NCBI GenBank assembly: GCA_045616165.1
Contig: JAZLGF010000023.1
Coordinates: 906 to 64,905 of the forward strand
Direction: 5' to 3'
DNA length: 64,000 nt
DNA from: Lachnospiraceae bacterium
Lineage (GTDB): Bacteria > Bacillota > Clostridia > Lachnospirales > Lachnospiraceae
Part shown: positions 1-9,673 of the stretch, one piece after another
How positions within the stretch are numbered: the first letter of the stretch is position 1
How the letters are laid out: every line of letters starts with the position of its first letter
Program-made: the position numbers and the translations under genes
The notes under the pieces: generated by a model
Told to the model about the DNA's origin: nothing
What the model saw: the letters and a program-made list of their open reading frames with translations, nothing else
Database searches by the model: none

Positions 1-621
1 TCCACATGATGCCTGCCAAACATAATCCATATGTTTGATTAGGAAATCTACGATACATGCATCTTTAGGAATAACGGTAACGCTATTATAAAGTTCATCA
101 ACACTTACTTCCATTTCAGCAAGAGCTTCAGGAAGTACAAGTTTTCCTTTTAGTCCACCTACTAAAACTGCTTTTGCATTTAATGTGTCAGCTACTTCGT
201 TCAATTTAGTTCCAACGTTAACTTCCCTAACTTCTCCATTAACAGTAATATGTTTAATAGAAAAATCATTTTTACCAAGCCAATAAGCATTTTCAGGAAG
301 TATTGTAACTATTTCCATGCCTTCATATTCTGCAACAAAATCATCCTGAATCATTGGACGTGGAAGATTTCCTAAAAATTGCTGTGCAACAGAATATGGA
401 TTATCTGCAGTCGGTGTTAAGATTCCTTCTTTAACCGGCCAATCAAATCCTGGATTAGTCATTCCTTTTGGAATAAGTACCATTATCTTTTCTGCTTTGT
501 TTATTTCAGCAAATTTTAGTACGCCCGCATTTACATCATCTAAATGCTTTTCTAAAAAGTGAGGTGTGCTTTTACTATAAATATCATCTTTAACTAATGT
601 TAAAACAATAAGTTTTTCCAT
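1..621 (-). CDS. NuoF-related iron-sulfur protein (SLBB-like region and start of the NuoF-type 4Fe-4S motif); 3' end cut by the window edge
   Basis: Hand translation of the minus strand from ATG at 621-619 (it overlaps the TAA of the upstream gene by 1 nt, TAATG) stays open to position 1. Sequence runs MEKLIVLTLV...AVLVGGLKGKLVLP...ACIVDFLIKHMDYVWQASCG and ends where NuoF/HydB proteins carry ESCGKC. No GxGGAGFP FMN motif is seen in the visible N-terminal part. Confidence 0.5.
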   Translation of the reverse strand, partial: MEKLIVLTLVKDDIYSKSTPHFLEKHLDDVNAGVLKFAEINKAEKIMVLIPKGMTNPGFDWPVKEGILTPTADNPYSVAQQFLGNLPRPMIQDDFVAEYEGMEIVTILPENAYWLGKNDFSIKHITVNGEVREVNVGTKLNEVADTLNAKAVLVGGLKGKLVLPEALAEMEVSVDELYNSVTVIPKDACIVDFLIKHMDYVWQASCG

Positions 622-2747
622 TATTGCTCACCTCCTTTTGAATAATCACTCCAGAATTTTTGTGGAGCTATTTGCAATCTTAAATCGCATTGTAGACATC
701 TTTGTGCTTCACAATGTGATGCATCACAACTAAATCCTTCTGAGATAGGAGCAAAGTCATTCTTTCTTTCATCCGCATTTCTAATAGAAAGTTCTTCTCT
801 ACTTAGATTTGCAAAATCAGAGATTGTTCCGATGCATGGATTTGCAGTGCGCTCTACTAATGTCTCATCAATATTTCCGTCGCCGCCTAAATATTTATCC
901 ATAATCTGGGCAACTTCTCTTCCGCCTGCGATTGCATCAATTAAGAATCTTGTTCCTGTGATTACATCGCCTGCTGCGAAGACTCCATCAATACTTGTTT
1001 TATATCCACTTACGCCTGTTTCAGGATCAATTGGATATCCAAACTTATTAAGTTCGATTCCAAATTCATCTGTAAGTCCTGTAACCTGGCCTGCTGCAAA
1101 TACAATGCTATCGCAAGGAATAACGTATGTGCTATCTGGGATTGCATCTTCAACAAGTGCTCTTGTATCTGGATCAAAATGGAAACTATTAATCTTATGA
1201 ACTCTTAAGCCTTCTACTTTTCCATCGCCTAAAATTGCTTCGTTAGAATGAGAATCATAAAGGTTTGCACCTTCTTCTAAAGCTGCATCTCTTTCTTCTG
1301 CTGAAGCCTGGGAAGCATCCTTTTCAAGACAAACTACATTTACCGTTTTACCCATACGGATACATGTTCCGGCTACGTCAAAGGCAACGTTTCCACCACC
1401 GATAATGTTTACTGTCTGACCTAAATCTATATCAAGTCCGAGTCTTGATGCTTGAAGAAGTTCAAGTGCAGAATAAACCTGAGGAAGATTACTTCCTTCA
1501 AGGTAGTTAAGTTTTTTACCTACGCTTGTTCCGATTGCAACTAAAACTGCGTCATAATCTTTTTTAAGTTCTGCCGCATTTGTAACAGGAGTGTTGCAAA
1601 CAATTTTTACGCCTGAATCTTCAATAACTTTTACTTCGTCTAAAACTGCCTTCGTTGGAATTCTATATTCTGGCATTCCACTAGTCATATGACCACCCGG
1701 AATAGATTTAGATTCAAATACTGTTACATCATGACCTTTTTTATTTAAGTAATAAGCTGCTGTAAGGCCGGCTGCTCCGCCACCAATAACAGCAATTTTC
1801 TTTCCTGTTCTATCAGCAACTTTTATGTATTGTTCTTTCCAACTTTGCGTCTTATCGTTTTCTGCTGCGAAGCGTTTTAAATTTCTAATTGAAAGCGGAC
1901 TATTTAAACCTTTACGTTTACATCCGTCTTCACAACGATTATTACATACAAGTCCTAGTGCATGTGGGAAAGGAACTTTCTCTCTAATAATTGCAACCGA
2001 CTTGTCTGCATCACCTTCGCAAATTGCACGAATATATGCTGGTATATCAATATGTGCCGGGCATTCTCCCTGGCATGGAACTAAAGATAAGTTCTTTGGC
2101 AAATCATCTCTAAATACACCAACTTTATCTCTAATTGATCCTGTAGGACAAACTTCAACACATGCTCCACAGAAGCGACAGTCAGCGTTTGCTAATGAAT
2201 CTCCATCAATAACTACTCTTAATCTTCCATCAACTTTTTCAAATTTTAATGCTGAAACTCCTCTTAATTCAGAACATGCTCTTACGCATCTTCCGCAAAG
2301 AATACATCTATACATTTCATGAAGCATTAAAGGATTAGTTTCGTCGGCATTAACTCTGATTTTAAGTTCTCTTAACGCACGTCCAGTATCTCCTACATAT
2401 TGTGAGATTGAAGCGAGCTGGCACTTTCCATATTTAGGGCAGCCTGTACACTCACTAGGATGTGTTTTGAACATTAAATCAGAAGCAAGCTTGCGAAGAT
2501 CCTCCGCAAGCTTACTTTTAGTATTAACTACCATTTTCTCTTTAACTTTTGTTGAGCAAGAAGTTACGACTCCATCTTCGCCTTCAACTTCAACTACACA
2601 AAGACGACAGCCTCCGTTTGGATGAAGGTTTTCTTGATAACAAAGATGTGGAATGTAAATTCCATTATCCAATGCTGCTTCTAGTATAGTTTTACTTTCG
2701 TCAGCCAAAATATTTTGGCCATCAATTTTCAAACTTACTTGTGACAT
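621..2747 (-). CDS. Fusion of a 2Fe-2S/4Fe-4S ferredoxin module with a GltD-like (glutamate synthase small subunit family) NAD(P)H:FAD oxidoreductase
   Basis: 708-aa ORF. It has an N-terminal 2Fe-2S-type Cys cluster (CYQENLHPNGGCRLC), ferredoxin motifs CILCGRCVRAC and CRFCGACVEVCP, then two Rossmann motifs (VIGGGAAGLTAA, IIGGGNVAFD). AAGGAG Shine-Dalgarno lies upstream of the ATG. Confidence 0.8.
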   Translation of the reverse strand: MSQVSLKIDGQNILADESKTILEAALDNGIYIPHLCYQENLHPNGGCRLCVVEVEGEDGVVTSCSTKVKEKMVVNTKSKLAEDLRKLASDLMFKTHPSECTGCPKYGKCQLASISQYVGDTGRALRELKIRVNADETNPLMLHEMYRCILCGRCVRACSELRGVSALKFEKVDGRLRVVIDGDSLANADCRFCGACVEVCPTGSIRDKVGVFRDDLPKNLSLVPCQGECPAHIDIPAYIRAICEGDADKSVAIIREKVPFPHALGLVCNNRCEDGCKRKGLNSPLSIRNLKRFAAENDKTQSWKEQYIKVADRTGKKIAVIGGGAAGLTAAYYLNKKGHDVTVFESKSIPGGHMTSGMPEYRIPTKAVLDEVKVIEDSGVKIVCNTPVTNAAELKKDYDAVLVAIGTSVGKKLNYLEGSNLPQVYSALELLQASRLGLDIDLGQTVNIIGGGNVAFDVAGTCIRMGKTVNVVCLEKDASQASAEERDAALEEGANLYDSHSNEAILGDGKVEGLRVHKINSFHFDPDTRALVEDAIPDSTYVIPCDSIVFAAGQVTGLTDEFGIELNKFGYPIDPETGVSGYKTSIDGVFAAGDVITGTRFLIDAIAGGREVAQIMDKYLGGDGNIDETLVERTANPCIGTISDFANLSREELSIRNADERKNDFAPISEGFSCDASHCEAQRCLQCDLRLQIAPQKFWSDYSKGGEQ

Positions 2748-2762
2748 CTTTAGCTCCTTAAT

Positions 2763-4232
2763 TTAGTTTTCGTCGCAATAATCTGCTGCACCTTCACCAG
2801 CGAAACGTCCTGTATTTACGCAGTAACCCATTGTGTTACCAGGTAATAAGAACATGTATGAATCGCCATAGATTGTACATGTGTCAGTTCCTGCTGCGAA
2901 GAATCCAGGAATCTTGTTCCATTCATCATCAAGAACTTCACAGTTCTCATTAATCTTAATTCCACCTAATGTGCCGTATCCTGATGGACGGAACTTAGCT
3001 GCATAGAAAGGTGCTTTTCTAATAGGTTTAAGATATTTATTTGGTTTATAGAACTGGCTATCAAAACCATCACAGTAATCGTTGTATTCATCTACTGTAT
3101 CTACTAAAGCTTCTGGATCAATTCCTAAAAGCTCAGCGAGTTCTTCGATTGTATCTGCTTTAACAACGTCTGGGTTGTTAGGATCGTTAAGAACGTCCTC
3201 AACGCATTGCTCGAAGTCATCGATTGATTCTGGATGATGAACAAAATTAGTAACATCAAGTCCTCTCTTCTTATATCCATTAACGATTGCTTGATCTAAG
3301 ATTGAGAAGCCAACAGCTCCTTTTTGGATTGTGATTGCGTTACCTGTGAATGTAGTATTCTGCATTTGTTCTTCGTTGATAAAACGTTTTCCATATAAGT
3401 TAACCATAAGGTTAGGTTGCATAAACACTGCAGGAATACAATCTGGACCCATATCACATTGTGGAAGAAGATAAATCTTTTCAACTGTCATTTCTGTTGT
3501 AGCTGCGCCAGCGGCGATAGCCATCTTGATTCCTTCACCTTTAAGTCCAGGAATAACGATGTTGAATAAGTCTTTACCATATGTAACGCCCATTCTTTCA
3601 TGCATGTATTCTGGTGAATCTCCAGCACCACCAGTTGCAACAACTACTGCTTTACAATCAACATGATATTCTTCGCCATCATTTCCTTTAGCGTTAACGC
3701 CACAGATTTTCCCTTCTGCGTCTCTTAAGATTTCAGTAGCAGGTGTTTCATAGTAGAACTCTGCTCCGTTTTCTTTTGCTCTATCAAGCATAGCTTTGTT
3801 CATAACAGCACCACCGTTACGTCCAATACCAGCATTACCTAAAACTCCGTTAGGTGATACGATATGCCATGTTGATTCAGCTTTTGGGAAATAAGGATAT
3901 GCGCCTGCAAATATAACGCCTAAATCCTCTAACCATTCAATTGTACCTGCTGATGCTTCAAAATATTTTTTAACCATGTTTGCATCTACTCTCCAGTGAG
4001 TATATTCCATGAACATTTTGAAAGCTTTTTCAACATCAATATCAATCATCTGTGCTTGTTGTTGTTTTGTTCCGATACCAAGAGGTCCCATACCCATATT
4101 AGCAGCACCACCTGATACACTCATTTTTTCGAATGCAATAACTTTGCAACCTGCTTCTGAAGCTTCTACTGAAGCTGCAAGACCAGCAGGGCCTGTTCCA
4201 ATTATTACTACATCAGCCTGTAAATTTTTCAT
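2763..4232 (-). CDS. Soluble FAD-dependent oxidoreductase, fumarate reductase/KstD-like flavoprotein family
   Basis: 489-aa ORF. N-terminal dinucleotide fold VVIIGTGPAGLAASVEASEAGCKVIAFEK and C-terminal FFAAGTDT segment are typical of FRD-like flavoenzymes. AAGGAG SD is present. No signal peptide or TM segment. Confidence 0.8.
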   Translation of the reverse strand: MKNLQADVVIIGTGPAGLAASVEASEAGCKVIAFEKMSVSGGAANMGMGPLGIGTKQQQAQMIDIDVEKAFKMFMEYTHWRVDANMVKKYFEASAGTIEWLEDLGVIFAGAYPYFPKAESTWHIVSPNGVLGNAGIGRNGGAVMNKAMLDRAKENGAEFYYETPATEILRDAEGKICGVNAKGNDGEEYHVDCKAVVVATGGAGDSPEYMHERMGVTYGKDLFNIVIPGLKGEGIKMAIAAGAATTEMTVEKIYLLPQCDMGPDCIPAVFMQPNLMVNLYGKRFINEEQMQNTTFTGNAITIQKGAVGFSILDQAIVNGYKKRGLDVTNFVHHPESIDDFEQCVEDVLNDPNNPDVVKADTIEELAELLGIDPEALVDTVDEYNDYCDGFDSQFYKPNKYLKPIRKAPFYAAKFRPSGYGTLGGIKINENCEVLDDEWNKIPGFFAAGTDTCTIYGDSYMFLLPGNTMGYCVNTGRFAGEGAADYCDEN

Positions 4233-4251
4233 AACCTTTTTCTCCTTTTAA

Positions 4252-6048
4252 TTATCTATATTCATAACCATCTGTTTTATATCTAGCTGGTATATAAGGT
4301 ACACGTAGCCATGATTCATATTGTCCACCAGTATGAATTATATGTCTGCCTTCATTATCTGTATCCCATGATAATGGTTCAAACCAACCTTCACGAATAT
4401 ATCCGCCTGCGATTTGAACACGAAGTTTTTGACCTTTATGCCAGAAACGGCTAGAAGGTACAATCGCAATATCAACAGGAACAATTTCGCCTGGTTTAAG
4501 TTTTTGTTCTCTCTTTTGAGCCTGTACTGGCCAGTAGTATTCGCCTTTTTGACGATAGAATTTCATTTCTTCTTCGTCAAGTTCTCTTCTACTTACTCTC
4601 ATCTTGCCCCAAGCACCTGGGTGTGGCTCATTAAGTGTATACCATGGAATCCAATTTCCTGATGCGTCTGCTTTTTGAACGTTAACAAACATATCCATCT
4701 CATTATAACTGTCTGATGAAACCCAAAGCCTAAGCCACATATAACCTGTAAGCTCTGTATCTTCTTTGAATTCCATATCGAATTCTACTCTGTCGATATA
4801 TCCGTCTTCGCCTACTTCTGCGTTATAAGAAACCTTTGATTCTTCAGCTACTGGAGTTTCTTGCATTGAAAGAGTTTTCGCATCAAGATAATATTTTCTA
4901 TATTCTGTTCTCTTAAGTGGCCATTCTTTTTCAGCTCTACGCTCACAGTAATCAACATCATAAGCATCCATAACGTCAAGACGTACCTTTGGTGTCATTT
5001 CCCAACCATTGTGAATGTCTTTAAGATATCTATCATAGAATAACTTAAGATCTTGTAAGTTAACAGGTGAATATGTATCTGGCCATTCAAAATCTCTATG
5101 TGCTCTAAACCATTTAAGTTTTGATTTACATCCGATAAAAGCTCTAGAAGATCCTGGAAGATGGAAGTGTGACCATCCAGCTGTTTGGTAAACAGGAATC
5201 TTAACATTCTTAAAATCAGCTTGTTTATCTTTCCAATATCCATTATAGAAAGGATATTTACGAGCCATAGCAACCTGATCATCAACGCCACCGTTACCAG
5301 TAACTTGAGCTGCGATAAACTCATTAAATGAAAGTGCAGGAATTCCGCCTTCATATAAAGAATCTCTAAATATATTTGTTGTGCTTTCCCAAGGAGCAAT
5401 ACATGCAAGGTGTGGTGGTTGTTGAGCTGCGATACCCCATTGATGCATAGCAACACCAGAGTTACCACTCATACCAACTTTTCCATTACACCATTCTTGT
5501 GAAGCGAGCCATTCAACGAAATCATATCCATCTTCACCATCTTGATGTGTAAACATATGAACGTTGCCTTCTGAATGTCCTGCACCACGTACGTCAACGT
5601 TTGCAACAGCATATCCTTGATAGCACCAGAAAGCTGGGTCTGGAGATTCAAACTTTGCAAGGTTTGAAACTGTGTGTGGTGGTACACCCATAATCTGCCA
5701 TTCACTCATTCCATCGCCAGGTCTTTTTCCAAACCAGCTCCATGAAACGATAGCAGGAATTTTTTCTGTTCGATTTGCTGGAAGATAAAGATCAGTATAA
5801 ATCTTACATCCATCTCTTAATACTACTTCAACATCCTGATAGCATATAACGTTTGGGGCAGCTTCGTATGTTCTTTGATTAAAAGCTGGACAAAAACCTT
5901 GTCCCATTCTTGCCATAGGATCATCAGACTGTGAAAGATCAATATAATCCTGATTAGGTACAGGTGTTCTAGCCACTCTGTAAATAGCTTCGATTTCTTC
6001 GCCTTGATAAACTTCATTTAGTGTGAAAAATTTTCCACCGATTGCCAT
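4252..6048 (-). CDS. CocE/NonD family alpha/beta hydrolase (peptidase S15-like)
   Basis: 598-aa ORF. The N-terminal pattern VEVVLRDGCKIYTDLYLPANRTEKIPAIVSWSWFGKR matches the CocE/NonD signature (V.MRDGV.L..D.Y.P....PV.L...PY). A long beta-rich C-terminal domain and an AGGAGG SD are present. Confidence 0.75.
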   Translation of the reverse strand: MAIGGKFFTLNEVYQGEEIEAIYRVARTPVPNQDYIDLSQSDDPMARMGQGFCPAFNQRTYEAAPNVICYQDVEVVLRDGCKIYTDLYLPANRTEKIPAIVSWSWFGKRPGDGMSEWQIMGVPPHTVSNLAKFESPDPAFWCYQGYAVANVDVRGAGHSEGNVHMFTHQDGEDGYDFVEWLASQEWCNGKVGMSGNSGVAMHQWGIAAQQPPHLACIAPWESTTNIFRDSLYEGGIPALSFNEFIAAQVTGNGGVDDQVAMARKYPFYNGYWKDKQADFKNVKIPVYQTAGWSHFHLPGSSRAFIGCKSKLKWFRAHRDFEWPDTYSPVNLQDLKLFYDRYLKDIHNGWEMTPKVRLDVMDAYDVDYCERRAEKEWPLKRTEYRKYYLDAKTLSMQETPVAEESKVSYNAEVGEDGYIDRVEFDMEFKEDTELTGYMWLRLWVSSDSYNEMDMFVNVQKADASGNWIPWYTLNEPHPGAWGKMRVSRRELDEEEMKFYRQKGEYYWPVQAQKREQKLKPGEIVPVDIAIVPSSRFWHKGQKLRVQIAGGYIREGWFEPLSWDTDNEGRHIIHTGGQYESWLRVPYIPARYKTDGYEYR

Positions 6049-6113
6049 TTTCTTTCCTCCTTAAAACTCTTCTAAAACATCTTTATTTTTTACATAAATA
6101 TACATATTAATTA

Positions 6114-6149
6114 TAAAAAAAGTGTTTATTGTAATCAATAAACACTTTT
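6114..6149 (-). terminator. Rho-independent terminator after the carD-like gene
   Basis: Perfect 12-bp stem AAAGTGTTTATT/AATAAACACTTT (6119-6130 / 6137-6148), followed on the minus strand by a T-run. Confidence 0.7.
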
Positions 6150-6176
6150 AGAGATATTGTTGAATTGTAAGCTCTT

Positions 6177-6680
6177 TCAGCCACCAGCTACCTGGTTTTT
6201 AACGTATTCTTTTACTTTTTGTCTTTCCATGTTAAGCGCAACTGCAAGTTCTCCATAAAGTTTTTCTTCAGCTAATTGGAAATATTTTTCATCACTTGCT
6301 GTAACCTTTTTACCTTCAGCAATACGTTCTTGCTTTCTAACGTAAATAGTTTTTATCATGCTGACAAATTCTCTACAATCACAGCTACGCATAGTTTCTT
6401 TATATGTTTCCTCACGCTTCTTTTCATCTGTGATGATAAGAAGCTTAATTGATGGAATTTCTTTAACTATCTTGCGAGCCTCCTTTTTTGAAATAACTGG
6501 GCGCATAACAACTTTGTCATTATCGCAAGGAGTAAAAATACGACTCTTTTCTGAATAATATGGAGATAAAGTATAATAATCGATTCCTTTTGGTACCCCA
6601 CTTAAATCAGGAGTTCCTATTTTTTCAACTCTACAAACACCGGTGTTACCATAGACAATAAGATCACCTACTTGAAACAC
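6177..6680 (-). CDS. CarD/CdnL family transcriptional regulator (RNA polymerase-binding)
   Basis: 167-aa ORF starting at GTG. N-terminus MFQVGDLIVYGNTGVCRVEKIG is typical of the CarD_CdnL_TRCF domain. Confidence 0.75.
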   Translation of the reverse strand: MFQVGDLIVYGNTGVCRVEKIGTPDLSGVPKGIDYYTLSPYYSEKSRIFTPCDNDKVVMRPVISKKEARKIVKEIPSIKLLIITDEKKREETYKETMRSCDCREFVSMIKTIYVRKQERIAEGKKVTASDEKYFQLAEEKLYGELAVALNMERQKVKEYVKNQVAGG

Positions 6681-6819
6681 TGTTTCCTCTCTTTCCTTTA
6701 AAATGCCATCAACGATAGTTATTATAGCATTACTATAACAAATATTATATAGGGAACAAGAAATTTAAAAAAATCGTCAAGAAATTAAGATTTCATTAAT
6801 TATTTCTTAATAATTTTAT

Positions 6820-7548
6820 TTAGTTGAAAAACGGAATATATGAAAATGCTATCGCAAATATTAATGACGGAAGCATGTTCGATACATGCATCTGGCTTTC
6901 CCTTATAAGGTTTAAGCCAACGCAGAAGATAAGTGCATTTCCTACCATAGAAATAGCATTTAAGGTTCCTTCATGTAAAACAGGCGCAATTAGTACTGCT
7001 AGGGCTGTTACTAATCCTTGGAAAACAAAAACCGGAATAGCCGAGAAAATTGCGCCCTTTCCAAGTGTGCAGGCCATAACTAAAATTGTTACAAAGTCTA
7101 TGATGGATTTTGTAAGCAAAATAGAATAGTTATGCATTGTTGCATCTTCTATTGAGCCAATTATTGCCATAGCTCCAATAGCAACTGTACATGAAGCAAA
7201 GATAAATGCCCTTGTAAAATTTGGATCTTTTGAACTATTTGATTTTGCCTTTAACCAGTCGCCAAATCTTATAATGAGTTCTTCTAAATTAATAAGCTCT
7301 CCTACAAAATTTCCTAAGATTAAAGACAAAACAAATAGAAGTATTTTTTGTGTTTCAAATGTGCCATCATCGTTTAGGACAAGCATTTTCGAAAGCGTTC
7401 CTGCAGCTCCAATAAATATAACAACTATACCATTACATTTAAGAAGTGCATGGTGAATTCTTTCGTTAAGGAGTTTGCCAAACAAAAGGCCAAAAATACC
7501 TCCAACGATTATTGCTGCTGTATTAATTATTGTTCCTAAACCAATCAT
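6820..7548 (-). CDS. DUF554 family integral membrane protein
   Basis: 242-aa polytopic membrane ORF. N-terminus MIGLGTIINTAAIIVGGIFGLLFGKLL resembles the YdfK/YqgA (DUF554) family. Confidence 0.65.
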   Translation of the reverse strand: MIGLGTIINTAAIIVGGIFGLLFGKLLNERIHHALLKCNGIVVIFIGAAGTLSKMLVLNDDGTFETQKILLFVLSLILGNFVGELINLEELIIRFGDWLKAKSNSSKDPNFTRAFIFASCTVAIGAMAIIGSIEDATMHNYSILLTKSIIDFVTILVMACTLGKGAIFSAIPVFVFQGLVTALAVLIAPVLHEGTLNAISMVGNALIFCVGLNLIRESQMHVSNMLPSLIFAIAFSYIPFFN

Positions 7549-7558
7549 AACTTTTTAA

Positions 7559-8965
7559 TTAAAACTCAAACTTATGTCTAAAGTAATCTTCAAGTTCATC
7601 AATATTAATACGAACTTGTTCCATTGTATCTCTATCACGAATTGTTACGCAGTTATCTGCTGAATTTTGATCATCGCCTACTGTCTGGAAGTCTACTGTT
7701 ACACAGTAAGGTGTTCCAATTTCATCTTCACGACGATATCTTTTTCCAATAGTTCCTCTATCATCAAAATCACAGTTCCAATATTTGCTTAATTTTGTAT
7801 AAAGTTCCATTGCTTTATCATTAAGTTTTTTAGATAGTGGAAGCACTGCAATTTTTACTGGTGCAAGTGCTGGATGGAAACGCATAACTGTACGCACATC
7901 TCCACCTTCTAATTCTTCTTCATCATATGCGCTACAAAGGAATGCTAACACTACTCTATCAGCGCCGAGAGATGGTTCGATAACGTATGGAATATATTTA
8001 ATATTCTTTTCATCATCAAAGTAATCCATAGGCTCACCAGAGAATTCTTGATGCTGTGTTAAGTCATAATTTGTTCTATCAGCAATGCCCCAAAGTTCAC
8101 CCCAACCAAATGGGAATGTAAATTCAATATCTGTTGTTGCTTTTGAATAGAAGCAAAGTTCTTCCGGATCATGGTCTCTAAGTCTTACTTCATCGTCCTT
8201 GATTCCTAAGCTCTTAAGCCAGTTAATACAAAAACTTCTCCAATAACTAAACCACTCAAGGTCAGTATCTGGCTCACAGAAGAATTCAAGTTCCATTTGT
8301 TCGAACTCTCTTGTACGGAATGTAAAGTTACCAGGTGTGATTTCATTTCTGAATGATTTACCAATCTGAGCAATACCAAAAGGAATTTTCTTTCTTGATG
8401 CTCTTTGAACATTCTTAAAGTTTACAAAAATACCCTGGGCTGTTTCCGGTCTTAAATAAACAACTGCAGATGAATCTTCGGTTACTCCCTGGAATGTCTT
8501 AAACATTAAATTAAAATGACGGATAGCAGTAAAGTCGCTCTTTCCACATGACGGACAAGGAATATTATTATCCTTAATGTATTGCTCCATCTTTTCGTCG
8601 CTCCAGCCATCAACGCTACTTTCTAATTCAATGCCATTTTCACTAGCATAATCTTCTATAACTTTATCAGCTCTAAATCTTTCGTGACATTCTCTACAGT
8701 CCATTAAAGGATCTGAAAATCCTCCGATGTGTCCTGATGCTTCCCATGTCTTTGGATTCATAAGAATGGCGCAATCAAGGCCTACATTGTAAGGGCTTTC
8801 CTGTACAAATTTTTGCCACCAAGCTTTTTTAACATTATTTTTAAGTTCAACACCTAAGTTACCATAATCCCATGTGTTAGCAAGGCCTCCGTAGATTTCT
8901 GAACCCGGGAAAATAAAGCCTCTTGCTTTACATAAAGATATGATTTTGTCCATTGTTTTTTCCAT
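7559..8965 (-). CDS. glyQS: Glycine--tRNA ligase (alpha2 type)
   Basis: 468-aa ORF containing [22 protein letters not shown] and class II synthetase motifs. Position downstream of era-recO is typical of Firmicutes. Confidence 0.95.
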   Translation of the reverse strand: MEKTMDKIISLCKARGFIFPGSEIYGGLANTWDYGNLGVELKNNVKKAWWQKFVQESPYNVGLDCAILMNPKTWEASGHIGGFSDPLMDCRECHERFRADKVIEDYASENGIELESSVDGWSDEKMEQYIKDNNIPCPSCGKSDFTAIRHFNLMFKTFQGVTEDSSAVVYLRPETAQGIFVNFKNVQRASRKKIPFGIAQIGKSFRNEITPGNFTFRTREFEQMELEFFCEPDTDLEWFSYWRSFCINWLKSLGIKDDEVRLRDHDPEELCFYSKATTDIEFTFPFGWGELWGIADRTNYDLTQHQEFSGEPMDYFDDEKNIKYIPYVIEPSLGADRVVLAFLCSAYDEEELEGGDVRTVMRFHPALAPVKIAVLPLSKKLNDKAMELYTKLSKYWNCDFDDRGTIGKRYRREDEIGTPYCVTVDFQTVGDDQNSADNCVTIRDRDTMEQVRINIDELEDYFRHKFEF

Positions 8966-9011
8966 ATTTTTTCGTCTCCTTTTTAACCTTTTAATCTTAC
9001 TCTACGAAGCC

Positions 9012-9671
9012 CTAACTTTCAAGTAAATCCATTATCATTGCTTCGGAGTTGAAGCTTTTATCGACGAACTTTTTGAAGATAGAAATAACGACATCCTTAA
9101 ACTCATCAAGGCACTCGCTAGTCAGCTTAAAAGTATATAGTTTTTCAACTGGATTTAGCACAACAAATCTTAAAGCATACTCCGTTGCTTCCGTTACATT
9201 AACTCTTTCAAGTTCTTTATCAATATTACAAAAGCCATTTATATCCAGCATTTTTAATTCATAAATAGCTTTTACCAATTTATTGTCAATCGAATCAACG
9301 CTAAGCGCTCTTAAACTTTGGTATAAAAGTTTAAGCATATCGAGTGCATTAATGTTTTCTCTTGAAAAATATTTTGCGACTTCTAAGAAATAAAATCCGT
9401 AATAAGTTATATCAACGTTATTAGAAAGTTCTTCGAAGTAATTAGATATTCTAGCTGCGTTTAGACTGTATGCAGACTTGCCTTCGTATAAATCAAACTC
9501 ACCAAATGCGAAAACTCTACTTGCAGAAACAAATGATGAGTTAGGTTTTCTAGCACCTCTGGCAAAAGCACTAATCCTCCCTAACGAATCAGTAAGGATT
9601 TCTAATCGTCTATCATATTCACCTATCGGCATAGAAGAAATTATCATGCCTTTTACCGTCGTAGTATTCAT
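9012..9671 (-). CDS. recO: DNA repair protein RecO
   Basis: 219-aa ORF directly after era. Size and N-terminal OB-fold-like sequence (GMIISSMPIGEYDRRLEILT) are typical of RecO. Confidence 0.8.
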   Translation of the reverse strand: MNTTTVKGMIISSMPIGEYDRRLEILTDSLGRISAFARGARKPNSSFVSASRVFAFGEFDLYEGKSAYSLNAARISNYFEELSNNVDITYYGFYFLEVAKYFSRENINALDMLKLLYQSLRALSVDSIDNKLVKAIYELKMLDINGFCNIDKELERVNVTEATEYALRFVVLNPVEKLYTFKLTSECLDEFKDVVISIFKKFVDKSFNSEAMIMDLLES

Positions 9672-9673
9672 TA

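Noticed and set aside
1825-2322. Numerous 60-165-aa ORFs antisense to long genes. Examples are 832-1200, 1825-2322, 31173-31655, 44324-44704, 57860-58255 and 61732-62154.
   Set aside because: All lie wholly inside much longer, homology-supported genes on the opposite strand. They have S/L/F/I-rich mirror-frame composition typical of antisense frames and lack SD sequences.
7549-9011. Looked for T-box leaders upstream of the aminoacyl-tRNA synthetase genes glyQS (and likewise argS at 23773-23784).
   Set aside because: The upstream intergenic regions are only 46 nt and 12 nt. The genes are embedded in operons, so there is no room for a ~200-nt T-box.
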